Positions 9,216-17,583 of a stretch of DNA of 64,000 bases are shown here, in pieces; the stretch's first letter is position 1, and each line of letters opens with the position of its first letter. The DNA is from a virus, in the IMG/VR virus record IMGVR_UViG_3300017917_002795, positions 1-64,000 of that record; one strand, 5' to 3'. A program made the position numbers and the translations under genes. The notes under the pieces were generated by a model. That model saw only the letters and a list, made by a program, of their open reading frames with translations. It ran no database searches and had not been told where the DNA came from.

Positions 9216-9569
9216 ATGATACAATACTCGGTACTAAGTTATAGAGTGAATACGCATCCCGAAGAATGCATTGCGGTAGGTTTAGTTTTCATAGATACAG
9301 AAACAGGCGAGTTCAAAACCAGAATATCGGATGTGAAAATGAAGATTGCTCGTAAAATATTACCGGATAAGTCCGCGTTCAAATTGTTCGAATATTACGT
9401 AAAACAATTCGTTAAGGCAGAATGGACGGCGGATGTATTGGATCATAGTGCACGTCATCAAAACGGCCTAGTTAAACTTAGTAGACCAGCTCCCATTGCA
9501 TGCAACATGGATTACTTTGACACCATGTTCTTCAAACAACTGGAAGAAAATTTTATCAAGAAACCTTAA
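9216..9569 (+). CDS. DUF3037-like protein
   Basis: N-terminus QYSVLSY...EECIAVGLVF resembles the DUF3037 pattern Y-x-V-I-R-Y...E-x-I-N-V-G-V-V; later GLVKLSRP. Confidence 0.6.
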   Translation: MIQYSVLSYRVNTHPEECIAVGLVFIDTETGEFKTRISDVKMKIARKILPDKSAFKLFEYYVKQFVKAEWTADVLDHSARHQNGLVKLSRPAPIACNMDYFDTMFFKQLEENFIKKP

Positions 9570-9580
9570 AAACAAACAAA

Positions 9581-9841
9581 ATGGAAAAGATGGATAAATT
9601 ATTAATCGCGTTTGCCATCATTACTGTTATCGGCACTGCATTAATTTGTACGTATTCTATATACCGAGATGAAACAATTTGTGATGAACAAGTAACGTTA
9701 ACGGATGGCACTATAATAGAAGCTAGACAGGTTAATTCATATTCATCATTTATGACTGATATTCGATGTTGTGATGGATCATACGTTGAAGTCCCGACGA
9801 ATCGAATCAAAATGGTAGAAAGGTTGGATTCTGCTGAATAA
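9581..9841 (+). CDS. Membrane-anchored hypothetical protein
   Basis: N-terminal transmembrane helix. Confidence 0.7.
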   Translation: MEKMDKLLIAFAIITVIGTALICTYSIYRDETICDEQVTLTDGTIIEARQVNSYSSFMTDIRCCDGSYVEVPTNRIKMVERLDSAE

Positions 9842-9867
9842 ATTCTTATATTAAAGAAAAAAAGAGA

Positions 9868-10092
9868 ATGAAAGATTTATTTGAAACTCCAGAATTAATA
9901 CCAGATGCCGTTCAAAATATACTTGAATCATTTGATGAAGATGCACCTAACACGTATTTAGAACTAGATAGATTAACTCATGCGCTAAACGCAATAGGAT
10001 ATACATTTGATTACTTCCTAGATGCTGAACCATATGGACTAAGACCTATTAATGTAGATTTACAGGAGTTAGAAGGCTGGGAACATGTTTAA
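9868..10092 (+). CDS. Hypothetical acidic protein
   Basis: Promoter at 9824-9854. Confidence 0.75.
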   Translation: MKDLFETPELIPDAVQNILESFDEDAPNTYLELDRLTHALNAIGYTFDYFLDAEPYGLRPINVDLQELEGWEHV

Positions 10093-10112
10093 TTGTAAAT
10101 TTATAAAGTAAT

Positions 10113-10418
10113 ATGGTTGATGTACTTAGCATATTAAAAAATCGTTTAAGTAAACTAGGCATTGAACTAGAATTCGTAGGAAACTATCCATGGATCTATC
10201 TGGATCGAGTGAATGGCATTCGCATCCGCCAAGAAGATTTCACTGCCAATCATGGATTTAACATTGCTTGGTATGGCATCCGTAATGAAGATAAAATACG
10301 GTTAGCTGAAGACCCTAAAACAATCATTGCCTTGATACGTCGTTATGTGACAGAATCACGTCTAGCTCAAATGATGAAAGACGACGAAGCATCAGGATTA
10401 TATCAAAAACCAGAATAA
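10113..10418 (+). CDS. Hypothetical protein (GNYPWIYLD motif)
   Basis: Operon packing. Confidence 0.75.
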   Translation: MVDVLSILKNRLSKLGIELEFVGNYPWIYLDRVNGIRIRQEDFTANHGFNIAWYGIRNEDKIRLAEDPKTIIALIRRYVTESRLAQMMKDDEASGLYQKPE

Positions 10419-10419
10419 G

Positions 10420-10746
10420 ATGCCGGATTGGAAAAAACTACATGAAGAACTTGATGATGCATTGAATTCAATGACTGATGCTAAATGGCAGGAATTTCAC
10501 ATCAAATCAAAAGCAGATGCCTTAACGGAACGCTTCTATTACACACTGCCTAACAATGGATCTTTTACCGGACCGAACAATGTCAATGCGCGTTGGACGG
10601 AAGCACGACAATGTGCCATAGTATGCGTAAAGGAGATGTTAGATGAGGTAGAATGCATACAGTCACTCAATGAGTTATCCGCGGACTATGTGACGTATTG
10701 GACAGAAGTATTAACGGAATTGAATACATTAAACGAAACAGAATGA
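10420..10746 (+). CDS. Hypothetical protein, KA..L/A.QCA/YW..V..E paralog 1
   Basis: Shares motifs with 10743..10982. Confidence 0.75.
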   Translation: MPDWKKLHEELDDALNSMTDAKWQEFHIKSKADALTERFYYTLPNNGSFTGPNNVNARWTEARQCAIVCVKEMLDEVECIQSLNELSADYVTYWTEVLTELNTLNETE

Positions 10747-10982
10747 CACCAAAAGAAAAGGCAGAAGCGTTAGTAGATTCTTTCATGAATATAAAATCCA
10801 TGAAGCTATCAGATTATTCCATGATATATCATCCAACAGCCAAACAATGTGCTTTGATTGCAGTTGCGGAGATACTACTAACATTAAACAAAGACATCAG
10901 AGATTTAGATGTTGTAGGCAATGTGTTATTGGATTTAATTGAATACTGGCAACAAGTCGAACAAGAAATAGAAAACCTTTAA
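10743..10982 (+). CDS. Hypothetical protein, MTPKEKA/AKQCALIAV/YWQQV paralog 2
   Basis: ATGA-coupled start at 10743. Confidence 0.8.
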   Translation: MTPKEKAEALVDSFMNIKSMKLSDYSMIYHPTAKQCALIAVAEILLTLNKDIRDLDVVGNVLLDLIEYWQQVEQEIENL

Positions 10983-10985
10983 GAT

Positions 10986-11396
10986 ATGATGACAGAACAA
11001 GAGATGAACGAGTTCCTGCAATCCATCGGAGGATTGAAAAACGGATACTACTCAGACCGGGAACCTATAACCGATGCAGGATTTCTTTGCGTAGGCCTAG
11101 GCTGGTATCCATTGATCAAAGACCTGATTGAAGATCTCATTGAATTGGGTTGGGATCGAGAAGTGTGCCAAGTCAAAGAAAAGTTTGGAGGCCTTCGATT
11201 CTACATCAATGCCGCATCAGATGAAATGTATGATCGCATCAGCCAAGCAGAAAAGGAGAGCTATGAGACTTGCGAAGACACAGGACAACCAGGTAAGCTC
11301 CGTACGGATCTAGGTTGGTGGGTAACATTATGTGATGCCGAATACGAAAAACGATTAGCAGAAAAAATACGTAAACAAATAGAACAAAAACAATGA
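10986..11396 (+). CDS. Conserved phage protein (QVKEKFGGLRFY motif)
   Basis: Recognisable KEKFGxLRFY motif; function unknown. Confidence 0.8.
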   Translation: MMTEQEMNEFLQSIGGLKNGYYSDREPITDAGFLCVGLGWYPLIKDLIEDLIELGWDREVCQVKEKFGGLRFYINAASDEMYDRISQAEKESYETCEDTGQPGKLRTDLGWWVTLCDAEYEKRLAEKIRKQIEQKQ

Positions 11397-11632
11397 GTAA
11401 ACCAATTTTCATAGTAAGATTTCCAGCAGAGATTGTAATGGAAAATCGAGAACGTTTCGAAGAAGCTGCTGAGGCAATTCAACGCAAACTAAGTGACTAT
11501 CATGTACTAGTCGTAATGGAATCTGGATTAGAAGCCACCCAGTTTGAATGCTTCAATGCAGTCAATGCAACGGATAAAGACATTGAAGAACTCCGGGATA
11601 TGTGCTTAGATGCTATAAAAAACATCAAGTAA
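11393..11632 (+). CDS. Hypothetical protein
   Basis: ATGA overlap. Confidence 0.75.
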   Translation: MSKPIFIVRFPAEIVMENRERFEEAAEAIQRKLSDYHVLVVMESGLEATQFECFNAVNATDKDIEELRDMCLDAIKNIK

Positions 11633-11684
11633 CTGGTTGGATTCCTAACACGGTTTTCTTATATTATAGAAAAATAAAAAAGCT

Positions 11685-12056
11685 ATGAAAATAAGAATCA
11701 ATCAAATTGAATGTCGACACAGTCAAGGCCGTTATGAGATAGTTCGTTGGCAACCTAATTCATACTACAACAAGCAAGAAGAATATCTAGCTGATGGTTG
11801 GGAACGTACTGGAGGTTTTTATAGAAAAGATAACGTGAGCGTATCAGAAGGATGCTTTGTGAATCCAGAAACATGTTATACTGTTGCAACCTTACAGTAT
11901 CGTGCCGGAGAAGGTGACTGTGATATGCATACAGTAGGATCTCGCTTGTTGCAACTAGATCGGGCAGATCGCGAAGACTTCTTTGCAGTGTATGAATTGG
12001 CAGAAGACCGGATTCGTGAAGAAGCCCGGAACCAAGAAAAAGAATTGAACTTTTAA
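11685..12056 (+). CDS. Hypothetical protein
   Basis: Promoter at 11637-11667. Confidence 0.75.
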   Translation: MKIRINQIECRHSQGRYEIVRWQPNSYYNKQEEYLADGWERTGGFYRKDNVSVSEGCFVNPETCYTVATLQYRAGEGDCDMHTVGSRLLQLDRADREDFFAVYELAEDRIREEARNQEKELNF

Positions 12057-12067
12057 CGCAGAATAGA

Positions 12068-12346
12068 ATGGGTAAAACAAGAGAAAAATTATTGAATGCA
12101 AATAAGTATTGTCATATCTATGTAGATGATGACGGGATAACTAATTATCATGATACTGAAACAAATGAGACTTATAGGGTTATACCTGACACAGGAGCAT
12201 TAGGTTTTTATTTGGAGTATTTTAAAGATGGTGTATTAAAAGCAAGAAATTCATTTGAATTTAAAGAACTTAAAATACTTGCAAATCTTACTGGGAGTAA
12301 TTATTTACTAAACAATTTAATTGGTGGAGAACTTAAATCAGAATAG
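12068..12346 (+). CDS. Hypothetical protein
   Basis: Operon packing. Confidence 0.7.
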   Translation: MGKTREKLLNANKYCHIYVDDDGITNYHDTETNETYRVIPDTGALGFYLEYFKDGVLKARNSFEFKELKILANLTGSNYLLNNLIGGELKSE

Positions 12347-12347
12347 A

Positions 12348-12563
12348 ATGGATCAAACAGCAGTAGAATGGTTTGTTGGGCAAATGTTTTTGCAAGGTTA
12401 TCTTAATGATAGCCCAATGACCATTGTTAACATCAACCATTTTGTTCGACAAGCCAAATCCATGGAAACCAAACAACGTCAAGCAGACACCAATCACGGC
12501 TATGCACAAGGTTATGATGATGCTGCTCAAGGCAAGGAACCAATGCAACCAGAAATGCTTTAA
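12348..12563 (+). CDS. Hypothetical protein (QTAVEW...AKSME type)
   Basis: ATG at 12348. Confidence 0.7.
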   Translation: MDQTAVEWFVGQMFLQGYLNDSPMTIVNINHFVRQAKSMETKQRQADTNHGYAQGYDDAAQGKEPMQPEML

Positions 12564-12574
12564 CTCAGAACACC

Positions 12575-13186
12575 ATGAAAAGGCCTTTACTAACAACATC
12601 AACAGATTTTCATGAAGCGTTGTCTGCACATTATGGAATGTATGGACGACTAACACATCCGCGGGTAGAAGACATCTTACAACGTGCAATTGATATTGGT
12701 GCATTATATAATATATTTCATGGCAAAGTGCATGTTGATGTAGAACGGGTTACACATCAAGACAACGTGATACAGATCCCGGAACAGAACCTGCAAGGTG
12801 CAGCAACAGTGTATTTGGTTGATTCAGCAACATGGATAATGTTCTTGCAGAGTAATGTTGATCGCAGTGAAGCGTATGCTTGGCAGATTCCGGTCATGGA
12901 TTATTATCCAGCTTATCCAACAACATATCGCATAACACCGGTCAACCCAACGTTGTATCAAGAAGGGTGGCACATTGATGCTGATGCTAAGGGTGCATTA
13001 GGTTCTTATATAAGAAACCATACGGATCAACTAATTACGATATCAAGGAACTCTAAGTTAGCAGAGCCTCCGAAATTTCAAGTTACGCAACGGCTAGCAA
13101 CAGCAACATATCAGCAGTATCAGTTACCTCAAATAGATACTAAGAATGTCATTGATGAATTTATGAAATTTTGGGAAACAAATTAA
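12575..13186 (+). CDS. Hypothetical protein
   Basis: 203-aa ORF. Confidence 0.75.
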   Translation: MKRPLLTTSTDFHEALSAHYGMYGRLTHPRVEDILQRAIDIGALYNIFHGKVHVDVERVTHQDNVIQIPEQNLQGAATVYLVDSATWIMFLQSNVDRSEAYAWQIPVMDYYPAYPTTYRITPVNPTLYQEGWHIDADAKGALGSYIRNHTDQLITISRNSKLAEPPKFQVTQRLATATYQQYQLPQIDTKNVIDEFMKFWETN

Positions 13187-13196
13187 TATTGAAATC

Positions 13197-13586
13197 ATGA
13201 ACAAAATGGTACCATGGCTACTTAATTGGACGGCATTTGTTACAAGAAACACGCATGCGGTTATTGAAGGTGTATCATATGAAGATGGACCGATATGGTT
13301 CGAAGCAATGTGGGAGTTATGGCTGAATAATTCGGATCATGGACAACAACTAAAACAAAATAAAATGACAAGAACAACAACGGTATTTGAAGGCACGGCT
13401 CAATGGAGTCGTACGGCCTTTCTGCGTCTAGAAAATGATAAAGTCATATTTGATTGTTCAGACTCAGAATACGGCCCAATTGAGTTTCCTTTACAACAAC
13501 TCAAAGACGCAATACGGTATCATGATGAGCCAGAAGATTTTTCGGATTGGGATGCAACCTTATTGGACGGTTTAGAAGATTTATAA
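13197..13586 (+). CDS. Hypothetical protein
   Basis: Operon packing. Confidence 0.7.
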   Translation: MNKMVPWLLNWTAFVTRNTHAVIEGVSYEDGPIWFEAMWELWLNNSDHGQQLKQNKMTRTTTVFEGTAQWSRTAFLRLENDKVIFDCSDSEYGPIEFPLQQLKDAIRYHDEPEDFSDWDATLLDGLEDL

Positions 13587-14050
13587 TGCAACGGATAACT
13601 GAAGAAGAAGCTGCTGCATACATTGCGTGTGCCGAAGACTTTACGGAAGCTGCAGCAGCATACTACACCGTAACCCAAGATGGCACAGGATGGGACTTGA
13701 TAACATATTATACAGCAAAACGTCGTGGCATATATCATGGCAAGCAAGGTGATGAAATGGTGTATGTTTTATCCAATCCGGCCATGCCAGGACTTTACAA
13801 AATAGGCCACACTAAAAGTGATGCTGTCAACCGAGCCACACAGATATCACGTAGCACCGGAGTCCCACAGGATTTCCAAGTAGAATGGACACTGCGTTGC
13901 TTCAAAGCGGAACGCATAGAGCGAGAGACACATCGTCGTTTTAAAACACAAAGAGTGAACCGTCGCAAAGAATTCTTCCGCGCGGATATAGAAGACATCA
14001 AAATGGCCATCCAGCAGATTGCAGCCAAGTATGATGAGCTCCCAAACTAA
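13586..14050 (+). CDS. T5orf172/MUG113-type GIY-YIG domain protein
   Basis: VYVLSNPAMPGLYKIGHT...R...E..H..F...KEFF. Confidence 0.85.
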   Translation: MQRITEEEAAAYIACAEDFTEAAAAYYTVTQDGTGWDLITYYTAKRRGIYHGKQGDEMVYVLSNPAMPGLYKIGHTKSDAVNRATQISRSTGVPQDFQVEWTLRCFKAERIERETHRRFKTQRVNRRKEFFRADIEDIKMAIQQIAAKYDELPN

Positions 14051-14432
14051 TTAAAATCTACGCACTGTTACGGGTACTGCACACAAAGACACAGTATAAG
14101 CACACTAATAAAGCAAAGCACAATAAGCACAATAAGCAGTGAAATGTGATGATGGTTACTACCAGGGTGTCCCGGTGTCTAGAGTCTAGTAAGATTATGT
14201 GGTGTGGGTATCAGAGCAGCAGAATGCTAGTATTATTTTTAGACACTGTGGTGCTGTGGTGCCAGCAAAAGGAGTCAAGTAGATGGGTGACTGGTAGTAT
14301 ACAGATTTTCCTACCTGGATTCTGTATTTTTATATACCATAGTCTCTTTATCGCCAAGCATCTGGATATCTTCCCTATCCCGCCAGGTTAAACCGCATTA
14401 AAAGTGCTGTATTAGAGCGCCATGTTCTGTGA

Positions 14433-14797
14433 TTTTTAGAGCATTTTTAGAAGAATCCTGGTGTTATTTTTAGACTCGTTTTAGATGCATACGCTGCGCG
14501 TATATTCGGATGATTCCTAGTTTTAGTGCGATCACTAGCTATACGGAGTAAACCAGGACCTGCACTTTTGAGCCGTATACGGTGGTTTTGGTGGTTTTGC
14601 TAGCTATACGGAGTACTCTGATCTGGCTATTTTTAGGGGAGTTTTAGCAGAATACGTTGTGATTTTTAGAATTCCGGCTATTTTTAGACTCGTTTTAGCA
14701 GAATCTGGTGCTTATTTTTAGGCAAGTTTTAGTCCTATTTTTAGCAGAATCGCCGTTTTAGGCGTGGTTTCTTTTGGTTTGCTAGCTATACGGAGTA
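14433..14797. repeat. Non-coding repeat region: about 14 TTTTAG, many spaced 11-12 bp, plus three CTAGCTATACGGAGTA
   Basis: 16-mers at 14535, 14600 and 14782; TTTTAGCAGAAT x3; TTTTTAGACTCGTTTTAG x2. Confidence 0.85.
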
Positions 14798-14865
14798 AAC
14801 GTTTTCGGCGTTCCGGTTGGATTCTACCAGGAGATTTCATAATATATAGATGTAAATAAGACGAT

Positions 14866-14943
14866 ATGATCATAACCGGCATTGTATTTGGAGTAGCAGT
14901 AGCATTGGTGCTTCATTACCTGGATAATAAATTTAGATTTTAA
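14866..14943 (+). CDS. 25-aa hydrophobic peptide MIITGIVFGVAVALVLHYLDNKFRF
   Basis: Directly after promoter 14817-14847 and leader AAATAAGACGAT. Confidence 0.55.
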   Translation: MIITGIVFGVAVALVLHYLDNKFRF

Positions 14944-14945
14944 AC

Positions 14946-15129
14946 GAAGGGATCCGTGCCAGTGCAGGACCTTCACTCAATAGATGGGATCACGACCACA
15001 GGATGCTGCCGGCACTCCGAACACTGTGGTCCCATCAGGATATTTTCACAGAGCCTAGTTTCTCTCTCTTATTTCTAGGCCACCAAGCACCCGGGTTTCT
15101 CTCTCTTATTTCCCGGGTGCTTTTCTTTT
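14946..15129 (+). ncRNA. Structured RNA with twin hairpins carrying identical loops (candidate antisense regulator)
   Basis: Four hairpins; the last two share loop TTTCTCTCTCTTATTT; final stem is followed by a T-rich tail. Confidence 0.65.
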
Positions 15130-15232
15130 ATACACGAAAAATTGTGAATAACTTTTTTTAAACTTTTTCGCGAAAAGATTAGGATCGCATTATTTTTTTG
15201 CTTATCTTTAAGTATATAAAAAAATAAGAGAT

Positions 15233-15388
15233 ATGTATAGTTTGAATTGTGATTATTACACAGCAGAGTTTCCGACGCTAGGAGACCTTATCGCCCACAT
15301 TATGATTTCCGGGATGGATCCGAATTATGAGATCACTCGCAATGGCAAAGGCACGGGAGAAATGGCAATAGACTTTGTTGAATTTTAA
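15233..15388 (+). CDS. Small hypothetical protein (51 aa, MYSLNCDYY...)
   Basis: Read by hand behind cassette promoter and leader. Confidence 0.7.
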   Translation: MYSLNCDYYTAEFPTLGDLIAHIMISGMDPNYEITRNGKGTGEMAIDFVEF

Positions 15389-15467
15389 TTAAAAAAAGTT
15401 TGCAAAAGATTTGGCACATTGAAAAAAAATGCTTATCTTTATATTATTAATTTAAAACCAAAGAACA

Positions 15468-15752
15468 ATGTCACAGTCATTAGGAGTAAGAAATTTTAGT
15501 AAAAAAGGTTTAGCTGCAATGTGTATATATAAGGATTTATATGCTGCAGCAATCCAGAAGCGTCAGGCAAAAGGTTTAAGTGGTGTTGAATCTTTACAGC
15601 CAATTGTAACAGAAGCAAAGCGCTTAGCAGAAACATCTGAATTATTAGCATTAAGCCGCATCCAATTGGAAGCAAAGGCAACGGTGGTTAAAGGATGCAA
15701 TTCTTCTTGGGGAAGTTATTCAACATTTTCCAGCAGTCAATTTGCAGAATAA
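15468..15752 (+). CDS. Hypothetical pre-early protein
   Basis: Cassette promoter. Confidence 0.75.
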   Translation: MSQSLGVRNFSKKGLAAMCIYKDLYAAAIQKRQAKGLSGVESLQPIVTEAKRLAETSELLALSRIQLEAKATVVKGCNSSWGSYSTFSSSQFAE

Positions 15753-15769
15753 ACATAAAAATAAGGGAC

Positions 15770-15970
15770 ATGAAATTTAACGTAGGAGATGAAGTAGTAA
15801 TCATGAATTCGGATTGGAAAAATGCTAACTATTCCGGGGACACAGGAATTATCACGGAAATAGATCCTAGAGATGGCGATTGCCGAGTTCAGGTTGAAGG
15901 ACGCGCGAAAATAGGGAATTGGTGTCCGCAATCCGATTTAAAATTAATTCACGATAAAAAACAAGCATAA
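15770..15970 (+). CDS. Small KOW/SH3-like beta-barrel protein
   Basis: MKFNVGDEVVI...GDTGIITEID pattern. Confidence 0.7.
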   Translation: MKFNVGDEVVIMNSDWKNANYSGDTGIITEIDPRDGDCRVQVEGRAKIGNWCPQSDLKLIHDKKQA

Positions 15971-16206
15971 TGAGTTTAACTAAAAGATTATTAGCAGGAG
16001 GCTGGGAAGCAGTCAACTTAAAAGCCGGAAACGTTAAAGTAGGAGATAACATTGTGAATCGCAATGACCTATTTGGCACTCTCATTAAGATTACCGGCGG
16101 CAAATATGTAGTTCAGTTTGATATTGACTGGGATCGTCCCGAAGATGCACCGACAAAGTTCACAGCAGACGAGTTTGAAAGCTTTTTCCTTGTAGATAAA
16201 AGATAA
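15970..16206 (+). CDS. Small SH3-like protein
   Basis: VKVGDNIV...GTLIKI...YVVQFD. Confidence 0.65.
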   Translation: MSLTKRLLAGGWEAVNLKAGNVKVGDNIVNRNDLFGTLIKITGGKYVVQFDIDWDRPEDAPTKFTADEFESFFLVDKR

Positions 16207-16288
16207 ACATTTTTTGAAAAAAGTTTCAAAAAGATTAGGATCCGAACAAAATTATTATTATCTTTATATAAATAAAAAAATAAGAGAT

Positions 16289-16504
16289 ATGAAAAAAGAA
16301 AGAGAATTTAAAGTTGACATTACATTAGCCGCAGATTTTGCATTATTTTTGGAAACCTTGCTTGAAGCTGAGTTTAATGAGGAATTTGATGCTGAGGAGC
16401 CGGTAACAGACACATTCCTGGATTACTATATCCCAAACGGGATCGTGCCGGCGCAAGATTTAATTAATGCATTATTAGCATCTGGCATTGTAAAAAAAGT
16501 TTAA
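16289..16504 (+). CDS. Acidic hypothetical pre-early protein
   Basis: ATG after AAATAAGAGAT leader. Confidence 0.75.
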   Translation: MKKEREFKVDITLAADFALFLETLLEAEFNEEFDAEEPVTDTFLDYYIPNGIVPAQDLINALLASGIVKKV

Positions 16505-16577
16505 AAAAGTTTGCAAAAGATTAGGATCGCATTGATTTTTTCATTAAATTTATATTATTAATTAAAAAATAAGAGAT

Positions 16578-16829
16578 ATGTCATTTTCAGAAGCAAACAA
16601 AAAGGTTCACAAAGTAGAAGCGCAGTGGCACTATGAGACCATGATAAGTTACGGGTTTACTCCGATTGATAAGGAGGGAATAGGATTCGTTAGAAGTTAT
16701 AGGTATTCTAAAGGGGATAGAATAATCACGTGCAACACAGGGGCATCTGCAGATTATTGGAAGGATGAGACCACAAGGGCTGGAGGATTCTGGGCTTCAC
16801 TTAAGGAATATGTATCTAAAATAGTTTAA
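16578..16829 (+). CDS. Hypothetical pre-early protein
   Basis: Cassette promoter and leader. Confidence 0.75.
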   Translation: MSFSEANKKVHKVEAQWHYETMISYGFTPIDKEGIGFVRSYRYSKGDRIITCNTGASADYWKDETTRAGGFWASLKEYVSKIV

Positions 16830-16902
16830 AAAAAGTTCCAAAAAGATTTGGCAGATTGAAAAATAATCATTAAATTTATAGTATAATTAAAAAAAAGAGA
16901 AA

Positions 16903-17094
16903 ATGGCAAAAGGAAAAAGAAATTCAGGATTTTTTAAGCAGGAAGCAGTAGCAGGACGTTTTATGGCAGATGCTCGCAAACCGCAAGAGGTAAATGCAAT
17001 TGTTAAACAAGCAATGGCACAAGCAGATCGTAATGCGGTATACAGAGCCGAGCAAGAAGCTAAGGCGAAATTGAATCCTCGCTTCGTTAGATAA
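16903..17094 (+). CDS. Basic hypothetical pre-early protein
   Basis: Cassette promoter. Confidence 0.75.
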   Translation: MAKGKRNSGFFKQEAVAGRFMADARKPQEVNAIVKQAMAQADRNAVYRAEQEAKAKLNPRFVR

Positions 17095-17184
17095 TGTGGT
17101 GAACAACGCAGCACAGGAGTTGTACCTTTACGGTTTTGAAATGTGCTTATTAAATTAATAAAAATGAAATTAATAAAAATCAAA

Positions 17185-17391
17185 ATGTCAGAAAAAACAA
17201 AAAACACTTCCGGAGGTATAGGAATAGGAATGATTCTCTTTCTTATCTTCATGACTCTAAAATTAACCGGAAACATTGATTGGAGCTGGTGGTGGATAAC
17301 TGCACCGATTTGGATGCCAGCTGGATTAATTGCGGTGATGTTCATGATTGCTGGGATCGTTTTCTTGCGTGAAGTAAAAAGACGCAAATAA
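17185..17391 (+). CDS. Small membrane protein (LKLTGNIDWSWWWITAPIW family)
   Basis: Motif typical of phage transmembrane proteins; start uncertain. Confidence 0.75.
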   Translation: MSEKTKNTSGGIGIGMILFLIFMTLKLTGNIDWSWWWITAPIWMPAGLIAVMFMIAGIVFLREVKRRK

Positions 17392-17399
17392 TAAAAATA

Positions 17400-17477
17400 A
17401 GTCAGGTAGTGTAATTGGTAACACCCTAGCCCTCCTCTAAAGGGTAGAAGATGCAGGTTCGAATCCTGTCCTGACTA
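17400..17477 (+). tRNA. Atypical tRNA / tRNA-like RNA copy 3 (extended anticodon arm; TCT or CTA)
   Basis: AGTCAGG/CCTGACT, D-arm GTGT/ACAC, arm CTAGCCCT-CCTCTAA-AGGGTAG, T-arm GCAGG-TTCGAAT-CCTGT. Confidence 0.6.
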
Positions 17478-17491
17478 CAAAAACAAAATAT

Positions 17492-17575
17492 ATGAATACT
17501 TGTATTTATTGTAACATAGAAATTATTGATGAAGCTGAATTATGCGACGAGTGTAGTGCAGGAGAAGATATTTAA
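17492..17575 (+). CDS. 27-aa CxxC-CxxC micro-protein MNTCIYCNIEIIDEAELCDECSAGEDI
   Basis: Read by hand between two tRNA-like RNAs; A-rich leader. Confidence 0.55.
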   Translation: MNTCIYCNIEIIDEAELCDECSAGEDI

Positions 17576-17583
17576 AAAATTAT

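Noticed and set aside
14146-14391. 81-aa ORF in the boundary region
   Set aside because: GTG start without the A-rich leader, atypical composition, inside a repeat-rich tract
14535-14797. CRISPR array from three 16-bp repeats
   Set aside because: Repeats too short, spacing irregular (65 and 182 bp), intervening DNA itself repetitive, no cas genes
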